Assembly (NCBI RefSeq): GCF_021869535.1
Contig: NW_026262615.1
Coordinates: forward strand, 19,096,001-19,160,000
Direction of reading: 5' to 3'
DNA from: Mytilus californianus
Lineage: Eukaryota
Length of the DNA stretch: 64,000 nucleotides
Below are positions 1 to 10,977 of the stretch, piece after piece. A model generated the notes under the pieces. The model made no database searches. It was not told the DNA's origin and saw only the letters and a list, made by a program, of their open reading frames with translations. Every line of letters starts with the position of its first letter. Position 1 is the stretch's first letter. Made by a program: the position numbers and the translations under genes.

Positions 1-620
1 AATAAGCTGCAAACTGAAATACCACAGCAAATTGACAAAATATATTCATTATGATTCTAAGGCTTATATCGGGTTTAAAAATACGGTTCCATAGAAAGTT
101 CATTATCTTGTTTCATTTCTGTTAATGTGGTAAACTTGTCGCAACTCGATATGAGGTTTAGATCTCGATGGAAAGAATTTCTATTGACAGTTTTCAAAAT
201 GTCGTAATGAGATATGGATTTATTTCCCTTTTTGTGATTTTGGAGGGCAAACTGAATGGTTTTCTTATTTGACTAAACATTTAAAATATGTGATACAAAA
301 AAAAAACAGACTGCAGGTAAGATTAGACAATAGATCGTTGTGATATATTTAACAAGGCTTACAGACTACTCAGAAACATCTTTTTAATACGTCGAGTGGT
401 CAGTTTTACAAGTTGAATTTGGTTAATTTTTAAGAAATTTGAGTACGATGACTTCCAATATAGCTGCAAACGGAAATATTACGTCAATCAAAAAACGATA
501 TAAGTACATAAATGACTGAAAGATCTCTTATCCAGTTAAATAGGTAGGAACTGTTTCTGCTGTATTTGTGTCAATCACAGAGTCGAAATAAAAACATTTT
601 GAAATCAAACTGGAATTTGA
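1..620 (+). repeat. Dispersed direct repeat (copy 1, truncated by window start); copy 2 at 3633-4220
   Basis: AATAAGCTG...GATTCTAAGGCTTATATCGG.TTTAAAAATACGGTTCCATAGAAA...GTCGAGTGGTCAGTT...TAAATAGGTAGGAAC are colinear in both copies. Confidence 0.85.
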
Positions 621-1367
621 AAATAAAAGTTTATATCAAAACACATTTCATCAATTTATAAAAGATTTATTGCATGTTCGACTCATCAGTTTTGTTTCTC
701 CATTTGGTATCTTAAGACGCTTTTCGAGTATTAATTCATCTTGAAATATTAGAACTATCGAACGTATATATATGAATTGTCTTCAACTTAATAGATTGTA
801 GTAACGAATGCCCTTCAACGCAAAAACATGTGAAATTTGAGGAAATTTGCAGTATGAAATCAAAATTATCTGGTCTTCAGTAGCGCTGAAAAACAAATTA
901 GATTTTGTGTAATTACGCTACATAGGTGAAATCCTATAAGTCATTTCAATTAGAATCTTTTATATTAAATTTCCTTCAACTTTCTAATTTTAACTCCACA
1001 AATGATACAAATTCAGGGGACATTGTCCATAGATCTTTTATCATGCCTGTTTTATTTCCAGAAAATTTATGATTTACCTTTAACGAGATAAATGTAATCC
1101 GTATATTCACAAATAGGATTCGGCTCTGAAAATATATTTTCAGATGAAAAAACATCAGAAACTATACAATAAACATAAATCATTGATTTTTATTTAACGG
1201 TAACTGGGCATATACAAAAGGTTAAACTGAGTATCTGTTGCAATAGTTATACATCAATGCCGGATTCAAGATCAAACCAAAAGAAGCCGTAATCTGTAGA
1301 ACTTACAGGACGTTGCCATGATATATATGTCCGCAATGAAATGAAATTAACATGTTATAAATTTGAT

Positions 1368-1410
1368 ACGTTCGATGCGCATTTCTGAATTTACCTTCAA
1401 CAGGAATGCT
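1368..1410 (-). ncRNA. Degenerate hammerhead ribozyme, family C (A6U)
   Basis: Minus strand AGCATTC CTGTTGA AGGTAAATTCA GAAA TGCGCA T C GAACGT; palindromic stem III ATGCGCAT; core A6 mutated. Confidence 0.65.
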
Positions 1411-1713
1411 GAAACCAAATGATTTGAAAGCCAAGGATGTATAAATATTTGTATACTTGAGGAGCTACATGATAAGAATGGACAAAAAAATTATAATTGT
1501 AATAGTTTTCCACAAGCAAATAATAGATAATCTGATCTTCAAAAAAGAACATTACCAATCATGTATGAATTCAAAGAAAATCACAGGTTATCAACTCCCT
1601 AAGGCAAAGTTGATCATAGATGAATTTGGCTATTTGTTTTATGTATTTTTGTCATATAGCTCTTCAACTGTTTCGGTACTTATACATCCCTCGGATTTCA
1701 AATGTTTGGCTTT

Positions 1714-1757
1714 GAGCGTTCCTGATGAAGGTAAATCGAGAAAAGCGCTTCGGATGC
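1714..1757 (+). ncRNA. Minimal type I hammerhead ribozyme, family C (atypical stem II)
   Basis: GAGCGTTC CTGATGA AGGTAAATCGA GAAA AGCGCT T C GGATGC. Core CUGAUGA and GAAA are intact, stem III is the palindrome AAGCGCTT, stem I is GCGUUC/GGAUGC. Predicted cleavage after C1751. Confidence 0.75.
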
Positions 1758-1889
1758 ATGAAATTTTTAAACGTGTTGTTTTTAATTTTTTTATCTTTAT
1801 ATAGGTCAATCCTGACTTTCTTTCGAATAACCTTACAACGTATATTACCTCTCATTACATCATATAACATCATATGATGAGTTTTTTTT

Positions 1890-2185
1890 TCTGTCATGAG
1901 TTAAAGATTGGACTTTTGTTTATGTTCTCCCATTGATCTGGAAGTCAAACTATACTCACAGAATACGTCCGTTTGGGTGTGTGGGGTATATACATACCCA
2001 AACCACATTCCGTTGGAATGGGGACGTTACTCCGATGATAACAAAGGGAGCGTCTGTACTGTACTTTAGTCATCCCGCTTGACCAGCTTTGTATAACCTA
2101 CCTATTTGATTTAATGCTCTAGCCCTGAATATGCATGAAATATTTGCCACTTAATATATATTAATTAAACAATAATCAATCAATA
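1890..2185 (+). mobile_element. Probable retroposon 3' end
   Basis: Ends CCCTGAATATGCATGAAATATTTGCCAC...AACAATAATCAATCAAT with a simple-repeat tail; two short hairpins at ~1971-2023. Confidence 0.35.
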
Positions 2186-3119
2186 TTTCTTTGATAAACA
2201 TACTCGCTAACGTTAAAGAACAACAAAAACAACTTACGAACTGATATGGATTCACAACCGGAATATGGGATTGACATACTTGTTTTAGAGTTTAAGATAA
2301 GCAATAAGTGAATATATTAAAAAATAATAGGAATTACACATATGTAACACAACATCCTTCTATTTTGTCCGGCTTTTCATAACAAAAAATATCAAATTCA
2401 TATGAATGAATTATTTATAACACAAATGAACCAGCTATGGAACCAAACAATAACGAAGTTATCTGACCTTACACTTAATCCAAGTCAGACTCAATTTGAC
2501 ACAGTAGTCAAATGGTAAATTATTAACGAGATGAATGTCAGATACCGAAATGATCAAAGATCTAAAAACACCCCTCAATTAAAAAATCGCTTAAAAGGCA
2601 GTTTTCAGATCAGAATATGGTCACGTATGTATCGCCAATGACAGTTAAAACTTAGACTTATATACAATACACGTTTAAGTAATTTTCTACCATGTCAACA
2701 CAAATGGAAGCGTTATTGAAATGTCATTGAGTAAATTACGAATATAGCAAAATACGATTAACTCGTAGCTCTTAAATGGTTTGCGATCAATTTGCCATTG
2801 AATATTATTGGAATCAACTAATTAGGTCATTCTATTAAAATCATATACAGTTTGATAAGTAGAAAAGAACACTATAAGTTTAAACATATTTAGATATTAA
2901 ATGAGTTTGAGAAAGGGTACCAGATTCGTAAAAAAGATTATCAAAGATTGACATGTTTATCCAGGATACAGTGACATTATGAAAATCAGAGAAGAAAAAA
3001 GAAAAAAGAAAAAAAAGCTAAAAATATCTACTTTCGGACGTTTTTATTTTAGTATTTTAACATTACTGCTACACGTAATTACAATTTTATTCGATGATAC
3101 AAAGGGGCAGATCACGAGA

Positions 3120-3290
3120 TTTTAAAGAAGTTCAAAGAAGTCAAATGAGTCCTCATTTCTCTTCAACTTCTTATATCATTTGGCCTTTTTAACTTTTTTG
3201 ATTCGGGTGTCACTGATCAACCTTTTTGTTATACAAAATGCGATTCTTGCGTACATAATTTTAGTCCTGTTATTTATGGTGAGTTTATGT
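3120..3290 (+). mobile_element. Decayed family A retrozyme fragment
   Basis: GGGTGTCA CTGATCA ACCTTTTTGTTATAC AAAA TGCGATTC TTGCGT at 3205-3252, followed by the family tail ...TTTTAGTCCTGTTATTTATGGTGAGTTTA. Confidence 0.6.
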
Positions 3291-3632
3291 TGGACAAGCA
3301 AGTCTTATTCGCTAATGGACTTAGAAAATACAACTGCTTGTATTAAAACATATTCATAACTTCGACTTTAATGTATGCGATATATGACTTTACATGTCGT
3401 TTTACAAGGCAATAGCTTGCAAGGAAACATATTTGAAGCATATTTCGACTAATCCATAGGGAACTCGACTTCACGCTCGTCAGCAATAAAAATACTAGCT
3501 ACATATGAAATTTTGTATCGATCCTTTATTTGTCGAGTTTGTCACCTTTTTGGTAACCGAGCGTATAACTTTTCTAGAAATGTACTCTTGCTAAATAGGT
3601 AGATGACTATTGACAGCTATGGAATATAACTA

Positions 3633-4220
3633 ATAAGCTGTAGACTGAAATACCACATCAAATTGACAAAACATATTCAGTGTGATTCTAAGGCTTATAT
3701 CGGATTTAAAAATACGGTTCCATAGAAATTACAGTATCTCGTCGCATTCCTGTACGTGTGGTATCCTTGTTGCAACTCGTTCTGAGGTTTAGATCTTGAT
3801 TGAAAGAATTTCCATAAGCAGTTTCCAAAATGACATAATATGAGTTGGATTTATTTCCCTTTTAGTGATTTTGGAGGGAAAACTGGTTGATTTTCTTATT
3901 TGACTAACAGATTTTAAAACCTGTGGTACAAACAGGCTGCAGGTAAGATCAGAGAACGTTAATAGATCGTAGTGATATATCTTACAAGGCTTACACAAAC
4001 TAAGACAGTTCAGAATCAACTTTTTAATAAGTCGAGTGGTCAGTTCAACAAGTTGAATTTGGTTAATTTATTAGAAATATTACGTCAATCAAAAACGATA
4101 TTATTACATAATTGACTGAAAGATCTATTATCGAGTTAAATAGGTAGGAACTAATTCACCTGCATTTGTTACACTCACAGGGTCGAAATATAAACATTTT
4201 CAAATCTACTGGAATTTAAT
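3633..4220 (+). repeat. Dispersed direct repeat, copy 2 (probable DNA transposon remnant)
   Basis: Colinear with 1-620, with moderate divergence and small indels. Confidence 0.85.
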
Positions 4221-6934
4221 TCCATCAGATCAATATGTTATTCAACGCTACATGTTACTGTTGAAGGCAATTTTCTACGTCATTGCACATATAACAAGTT
4301 TTTAAAAAGAATTTGCAGCAAACGACGTCTCTAACCAACATGAATTGATGTACTTCCGATAGACAATTTACACTTACTTCCAATATAATTTTGGTTTTGT
4401 TTAAGCATGTCTTTTTCTTACATTTTCTTTTATAAGTACTAAAGACAATACCAACATCTGTCAAATATGCGGTTTAGGGCTATCCTCAGGCTTTTATAAA
4501 TTCTTCACCTGCTTAGAAAGAAGTCAATATATCTTACCGTTAGAACCTCAAAGTACATACAGGAAGTTGTGATACACCTTTGTTTTTAAAGATATAAACC
4601 GGAATTGATTGTACATGCGAATGTTATGCCATAGAAAATATAAATTATATTTAACTTGGGGGCATATCTTTTGGTAAAAATATCATATCTGCAGCAATGT
4701 AAATGAGTTCATACAAGGGCTTTAAATTTACTTGCAATCGTATTTACAAGTTTGCTGTCATATTTTGGAGTTATGTCATATTTTGTGAACAAGTACATAG
4801 CCACATTTTCTTTCGGTTTATTCGGTAGAACAAATAGGCAAGTGTTTTTAAAACATGTTAATGTAAAAATACCGTTACTAAACAATAAACAAAAAAAGAT
4901 AATTAAAGAATTCTATCAGCGTTTTAAAAAATCACTAAATGCACATTAAAAGCTTGGACAAATACATTGTTTAAAGTAAACAGTTTTGAAAATGGTTCTG
5001 ATGTTAAATACATTCTGGAGTAATTGTACAGAATTGAGAATGTTTTTATTCAGATTTCTGAAATTAAGACTTTTTAACAGAAACAACGATACGTGTATTG
5101 CATTAATGTGATTAGATAACTGTTCAAAGAACACAAGGTCAATAGTTCATATAATAACGTTCAATTCTGAACAGTTTATGAAAAAAGTAAGTTTTTCCAG
5201 CAAGGTATCGGTTAAACACTGTTTATTTGTATGTAAAAAATCTAAGTTTTCATTTAATAGTCTTATAGCATTTTCCATTTTATTGTATTTGCATTTCAAT
5301 TAATTGCTTATACACTGTTCTGTATTAAAAATAGACTAAATACATTCAACTTATTTTAGGATGTCTGTAGAAGGTCATACATATTTTTTAAGGTAATTAG
5401 GAAAAGAAGTATGTAATACTTTTGAAATCCATTCTTATTCATAGTAATGACGTGAACGTTCAATTCCACATTTCAAAGCTCAGATATAATGTAGGTTGAT
5501 ATTTGTTTACCCAACCGAAATACTTGATTTTAGCTCCAATATTTTATCAAGATAAACCATTGCGTATCCGTTTTTGTCTGACTACCCTGTTACACTCTTG
5601 CTTCAAGCTTGGATACGAAATACAATGTTAAGCATATTCAATTTGATTACAAAATGCTAATACATCATGGTTTTGTATTTGTATAGAAAGGTACGTGATT
5701 ATACGCTAGTCCCCATTAGGTGGTGGAGCTGCAAGGTGAAATAATTCCAAACCATGTACTAAATACAACATTTGCGTTTGACTAATTGCTTAAAATAATT
5801 GTAACAGTAGGCCTTTGAGTAAACGACCTGAAACTCTAATTAACATCCAATAATATCATCAATTATCACTTCGCCAGACATATATCTTAAATAACATGAT
5901 ACAAAAAAATGTTTTAAATTAAAAAATGACCTTGAACTTTAAATAATGACTCTATAATTTCAATTTAAACATCATATTCCGAATGCATATTGCTTAATAT
6001 ACCGTATACCACTTGATAAAGAATCATTACCGTCGACTAGGGAGTATAGTGTAGTGTCATTGATTACCGTATAAATGACAAACAATGAGAAGAGAGTTTC
6101 AATTAATGGTTATCTTGTATTTACCATACCGTAATGGAATAAGTACTAGAATCAATGATTCTAAATTAAAAGTTATCGAGACTAGGGGAATTGTTTGTTT
6201 GCTATGTCATTTATTATAAGTGTCACTACTGTCGATACAATATAGAGTTATGTCCCTTGGCGCGGCGGCTAACAAGTAAGTAGTATCTTTTTTCTATATC
6301 AATACTGTTTTAGCCTTACACAATTTAATTATTTTACAGTTAACTTGCGAACTAGTTATTTGGACTTCACATTGTACAGTGATATTGTCCAAATTTCATC
6401 AAAAGAAAAAAAATCGTCAGAAAATTTCTTTGAAAAGAAGACTGCCTTCAAGAGATTAAGAACTGTAAACGGATAAAAACACTAAACGATTTGTGTTAGA
6501 CATAAGAAAATAAACGATAAAAATACATATTGAAAAGTTAGCTTGAAATGAAAAAATCTGTTTTAAGAATAAAAAAAAAAAGGTTAGACAAAATTTGTAA
6601 GAGAAGGAGGGTAAACGACAAAGTTAATATGTCAAACTCCAAAACAAATCAAGGTGAGATTCATCTGCAGTGGAATTTGATTCCAGCTCAAGAACTTTTA
6701 ATGTTTCTTGTAATGGTTAGAAAATACATTAAATAACACAATTACAACAAACCCAATTTTATATTCAATTTTTAGAAATTTACCTGTGACGTTACTTTTT
6801 GTGGCGTTGATACACTCGTGTGACGCACAGTTCATAATTTTATTGTGGATTACTGGTGTACTATCGTAAACAAATGGGAGGTGTCTATTGTTATTCTGTG
6901 GTTTACATGTTGTTATGTACTATTATATTATTTA

Positions 6935-7312
6935 CTTTTGTATTTCACTGTCCTGAGTGTTCTTGCGTTTATTTGTACTGTATTCCTGTCACGTAATGTT
7001 GTCATTTTAGCGGTATTTGTAACATTGCCATATAAGCGGGAGGTTAAGCTAGCCATAAAACCAGATTCAACCCACCATTTTTTTCTTAAAATGTCCTGTT
7101 CCAAGTCAGGAATATGGCTGTTGTTATCAAATAGTCCGTTTCTATGTATGTTGGCGTTTGTTTTTGTAGCAGTTCGGTGTTTCTGTTGTTCTGTTGTTTT
7201 CATCTTATAGGTGATGTGTTTCTCTCGGTTTTGATTTGTGACCCGGATTTGTTTTTGCTTAATCGATTTATGACTATTGAACAGCGGTAAACTACTGCTG
7301 CGTTTATTCATA
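6935..7312. repeat. Interspersed repeat family F; inverted partial copy at 38140-38350
   Basis: GAACAGCGGTA(A/T)ACTACTG(C/T)TGC(G/C)TTTATT terminus and ACCCGGATTTGTTTT shared; contains CAACCCACCATT...CCAAGTCAGGAA. Confidence 0.75.
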
Positions 7313-8787
7313 GTAAGCTTCACCAGTACGTCGTGGTTTCAAATCAAGTACGAACATCCTTATATGTTCAAAACAAAATTCAGCCGCAGTAGAATTGAAT
7401 TGAAAATTAAGAATAAAATTGAGAATGGAAATGGGGAATGTGTCAAAGAGACAACAACCCGACCATAATTGAAAATTAAGAACACTGTTTAATGCTAGAT
7501 TATTTAAAATCATATACACATTGAATACGGAACTTCTGATCAAAGTAATATCAAATCAATCTTGTTAATGTCTTTGTATAAAAGACATAATTTATTCAAT
7601 TCAGAAAAACTGATAACCCAATCGATCCCGAGGTTGAACCAGAATAAAGAAATATTTTTGCCTGGACCTCCGACCTAGTACTCAAACCAATGATGTTTTT
7701 CGTTAATCTGTAGTAGGATGTTAAAATACGCTACCATTACCATTCGGAATAGGGGTTGAAATACAATACACCCTGTAGGAAAAGTGTTACGTTTTCTGGG
7801 CTTTAAAGATTTTAAAAAAAAAATCGCTGCCAAAATAGTCTGCTTCTATCCAACTCTATCACCTGTGTTTGTCGAAATTTACCGTCTCTTTTCACGGTCC
7901 AACTACTTCAAAGAGTCATGCATCTACCTATTGAATACCGTAATCGTAAATAAAAAAAGAAATCCTTTTTAGTATACTTGCATTTTTGTTAAACCTTTTT
8001 AATCACATAAAGGAACTATTATGTCAAAGGCGTCTGCTTACTTGTACTTAACCTTTGAAGAGATTCAATTCAGAAAGCTTGTACGAAACGGCTACAAGGT
8101 ATCAATTTGATGATATTGAAGTCTAATTACTTTTTCTAGGAGTAATTCAATTTCCGTTCTGTGTAGCACGTCAGTTTTCTGTCAACGCTGTCGTCAACAC
8201 TACTACCAAAATCCTTCTAATAAGATTAAGTAAAATCAGGCAATCTACAGACATACAGCAGCAGAAATGCGATTTTCATTAAGAAAAAAAGAAGCCAGTT
8301 TTAAGTAAAGGCATAGGATACAATAGCGTATTATTATTTTTCAAGATTCCGTCTTGAATAACAAATTTGTAGATATCCATAAAACCTTTTGAAAGTCAGT
8401 ATAATATATAAATCAATTCTTAGTGAACCTCCAAATGCTTTTTTTAATTGATAGTATATATGGTTTAAAATGTTGACAAATTACTTTTTTTCAAGGTAAT
8501 GCGATTGAACTCTTTTTTAAAAGATTAGCGCGAAGACATCAAATATATACAATATTTTACATTTGAATAGAATTAACATATTGAACATTTTAAGCATTTT
8601 ATTTTTGTTCTACTCAAGGCCACTGATTGAACATTTTTCCATATTTGATTTGGCTTATGAATAATGTTTCATTGAAAAGTATTGGAAGTAAGACATTGTT
8701 TTAATGTATGTAAATAGGGTAATGCAATATACAACTAATTGTCATGAATAAAATTAGATGTAGCGACAACAACCAAACGATGCACAT

Positions 8788-9116
8788 AAGATGGTCTGTA
8801 TGGGGATCCTTAATGGCTATTCTTTAAATTTTTAGAGCATTTTTCTTTATGTTTAAAAATAAAGCTTATTCTGTAAATTTCTCATGAAAATGATTTTACT
8901 GTTGATTTTTTTCTGTGGTTATAAGATGTTTTAATCTGTACATCATTCATTTCTGTAATCTGTAATTTTATTACCTTATTCTTTTATTTTCCACAGTATT
9001 CTTTATAATTTTGCATTCCAATATTTTCTATTCTTATTTTTTTGCTCATTTTTCTTCACTCATTTTTTTTTTTGCCATTATTGTCTTTTCTGTAAACCTC
9101 AACCAGACCCTCATAT
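8788..9116. mobile_element. Decayed copy of the 23955 MITE family (opposite orientation); further decayed copies at ~11012-11197 and ~57010-57196
   Basis: Ends ATGGTCTGTATGGGG...CCAGACCCTCATAT; internal TATTCT/TTTTCT-rich repeats. Confidence 0.55.
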
Positions 9117-10124
9117 AAACGATAGACACTTAAAAGTCAACAATAGACAGATGTCCTTATAATATGGTACTAGTGAACACGTAAATTGACTTCTATATGT
9201 CGTTGGGTTATTGTCTTGCTTATGTATACCAAACTGAGCATTTTATTCTATAAGGTGTAAGTAGAAAAGAGCCCAAAAGAACCAAGAGGACATTCAAAAT
9301 TCATAAGTAAAAGAAAAACAAACAACGGCTTGAGTAAAGGGAAACTGACAACGGCATGAGTAAAAAACGAAAAATGACGAAAAAACAAACAAGCCCATTA
9401 AACATTACAAAGAAATCTAAAGAGTGAGCAATACGAACCCCACTAAAAAACTGAGTTATCTACCGAGGTCCGTGATGATTAGCAGATTCTGCTCAAAATG
9501 TGTAATATTGGAACCATGTACAAAAGAGTTCTATGGAATAACATTAAAATTTGCTATCTTGTCTTCATTTGATTTTCTTGACTTATTTATTGTTAAATAT
9601 CAATTTCAGAGATATCATAATTTATTCTCAAGTGGAATATGTCTATTATTTTTTGCCAGTTATAGATTATTACTAATGAATATAGAAAGCTTCGCAAAAA
9701 GAATCGTGGAGTACCCTTCTGGCTGCTTTAATACTGTTACGACATGTGTTGAAGTCATTATGAACTGTTTGGACTTCTCTACTCTGTATACTGCCCGACC
9801 ACATATTGTTTCTATTAAAATGGTCTTTTGATGTAACAGTATCTGTTGAAGACGTTACAATTTTGTTTAAGAATATGTAATATAAAACATTTTGGAGTAA
9901 ACCGTTAAGTTAAAGGTATTCCAATTGGGACTATAACTGTTGCCATTCTATCGTAGAGTTGTTCCTTTACTGTGTGTATTTCCAGTTTATCTCATATAGG
10001 TCCAACGAAACACAACGTGACATTGAATAATACCTTCAGACGTTTAGGCATTATTATTATTCTTTGTTAACAAGCCATAATTTTTCTAAATATAAAGCGC
10101 TCGACTGCAATCTTAATTGACTAA

Positions 10125-10260
10125 GAATGTCAGTTTTCCTACCGAAGGTCGTTGGTTCTCTCCGGGTACTCCGGCATTCTTCAACAATAAAAACTGACCG
10201 CCACGAAATAGCACAATAGTGTTGAAAGTGGCGTTAAGCACAAAATAATCAATATCAATC
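10125..10260 (+). mobile_element. SINE remnant (conserved central domain and 3' tail)
   Basis: GGTTCTCTCCGGGTACTCCGG...AATAAAAACTGACCGCCACGA...TTGAAAGTGGCGTTAA followed by a (CAAT)-like tail. Resembles metazoan Meta/V-domain SINEs, recognised from memory. Confidence 0.55.
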
Positions 10261-10932
10261 TACATATGAAATTGATACATACTATCTATCCTCCATATAT
10301 ACCAAAGCGTACGCTAAGTTCTCGGGAGGCCTCTATCAGACTTTAAAATTAGATTAGCATTTCTTTTATTTTCGTCCCAGTTTTCTCTACAATCTATCCA
10401 CTGAAGAGCCGTCAATTTAGGTCAGATTAATTGAGTAATATCATTAATACAGTGTCACGCGATAAAATGTCATGTAAATTTGTCTGTTTATTGACATTAT
10501 TACAAACTATAACACAGCTCAGAGTATTAATTAAACATACTATATGTCATAAATCACTGTGAGAAGATTCATATTATGTAAATGATTATTTCTGCTTTAA
10601 TATGAAAAACAAGCAATGCAAATACTGTCAAAACATTAAAACAAACTAACCAACTTTAGTAAAAACATAGAATTGTTGTGCACAGGGATTTTGTTATGTG
10701 GGGTATACATTAATGAAACTGCAAACAAAACCCCACAATAGACATATAGCTAGTTGCTGACACGATATTTCAAAATTAAACTAAAAACACTGTTCTTTCA
10801 TTAAATAAAAGAACATTTTTGGAACATGCTTTAAGTGTTAAATACGGTAGTTGCATGCAAAGCAGTATTCGTTACCCTCTTTAACTTTCAGTTTAAATAA
10901 ACTCATCATAGATACCAGGATTGAAAATGTGT

Positions 10933-10977
10933 ACGCCAGACGCGCGTTTCGTCTACAAAAGACTCATCAGTGACGCT
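10933..10977 (-). ncRNA. Intact minimal type I hammerhead ribozyme, family A
   Basis: Minus strand AGCGTCA CTGATGA GTCT-TTTGT-AGAC GAAA CGCGCG T C TGGCGT. Perfect core, 4-bp stem II, palindromic stem III ACGCGCGT, 6-bp stem I, GUC triplet. Predicted cleavage between 10939 and 10938. Confidence 0.88.

Larger units (their letters stand above)
1345..1790. mobile_element. Head-to-head inverted pair of family C retrozyme/Penelope-type HHR fragments
   Basis: About 130 bp at 1345-1480 is an inverted, diverged copy of 1640-1790. Each arm carries an HHR pointing outward. Confidence 0.65.

Noticed and set aside
1457-1897. ORFs overlapping retrozyme copies (also 10921, 16871, 22905, 54822, 55087) as element-encoded proteins
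   Set aside because: They are short, not conserved in frame between copies, and have no RT or GIY-YIG motifs. The elements are non-autonomous.
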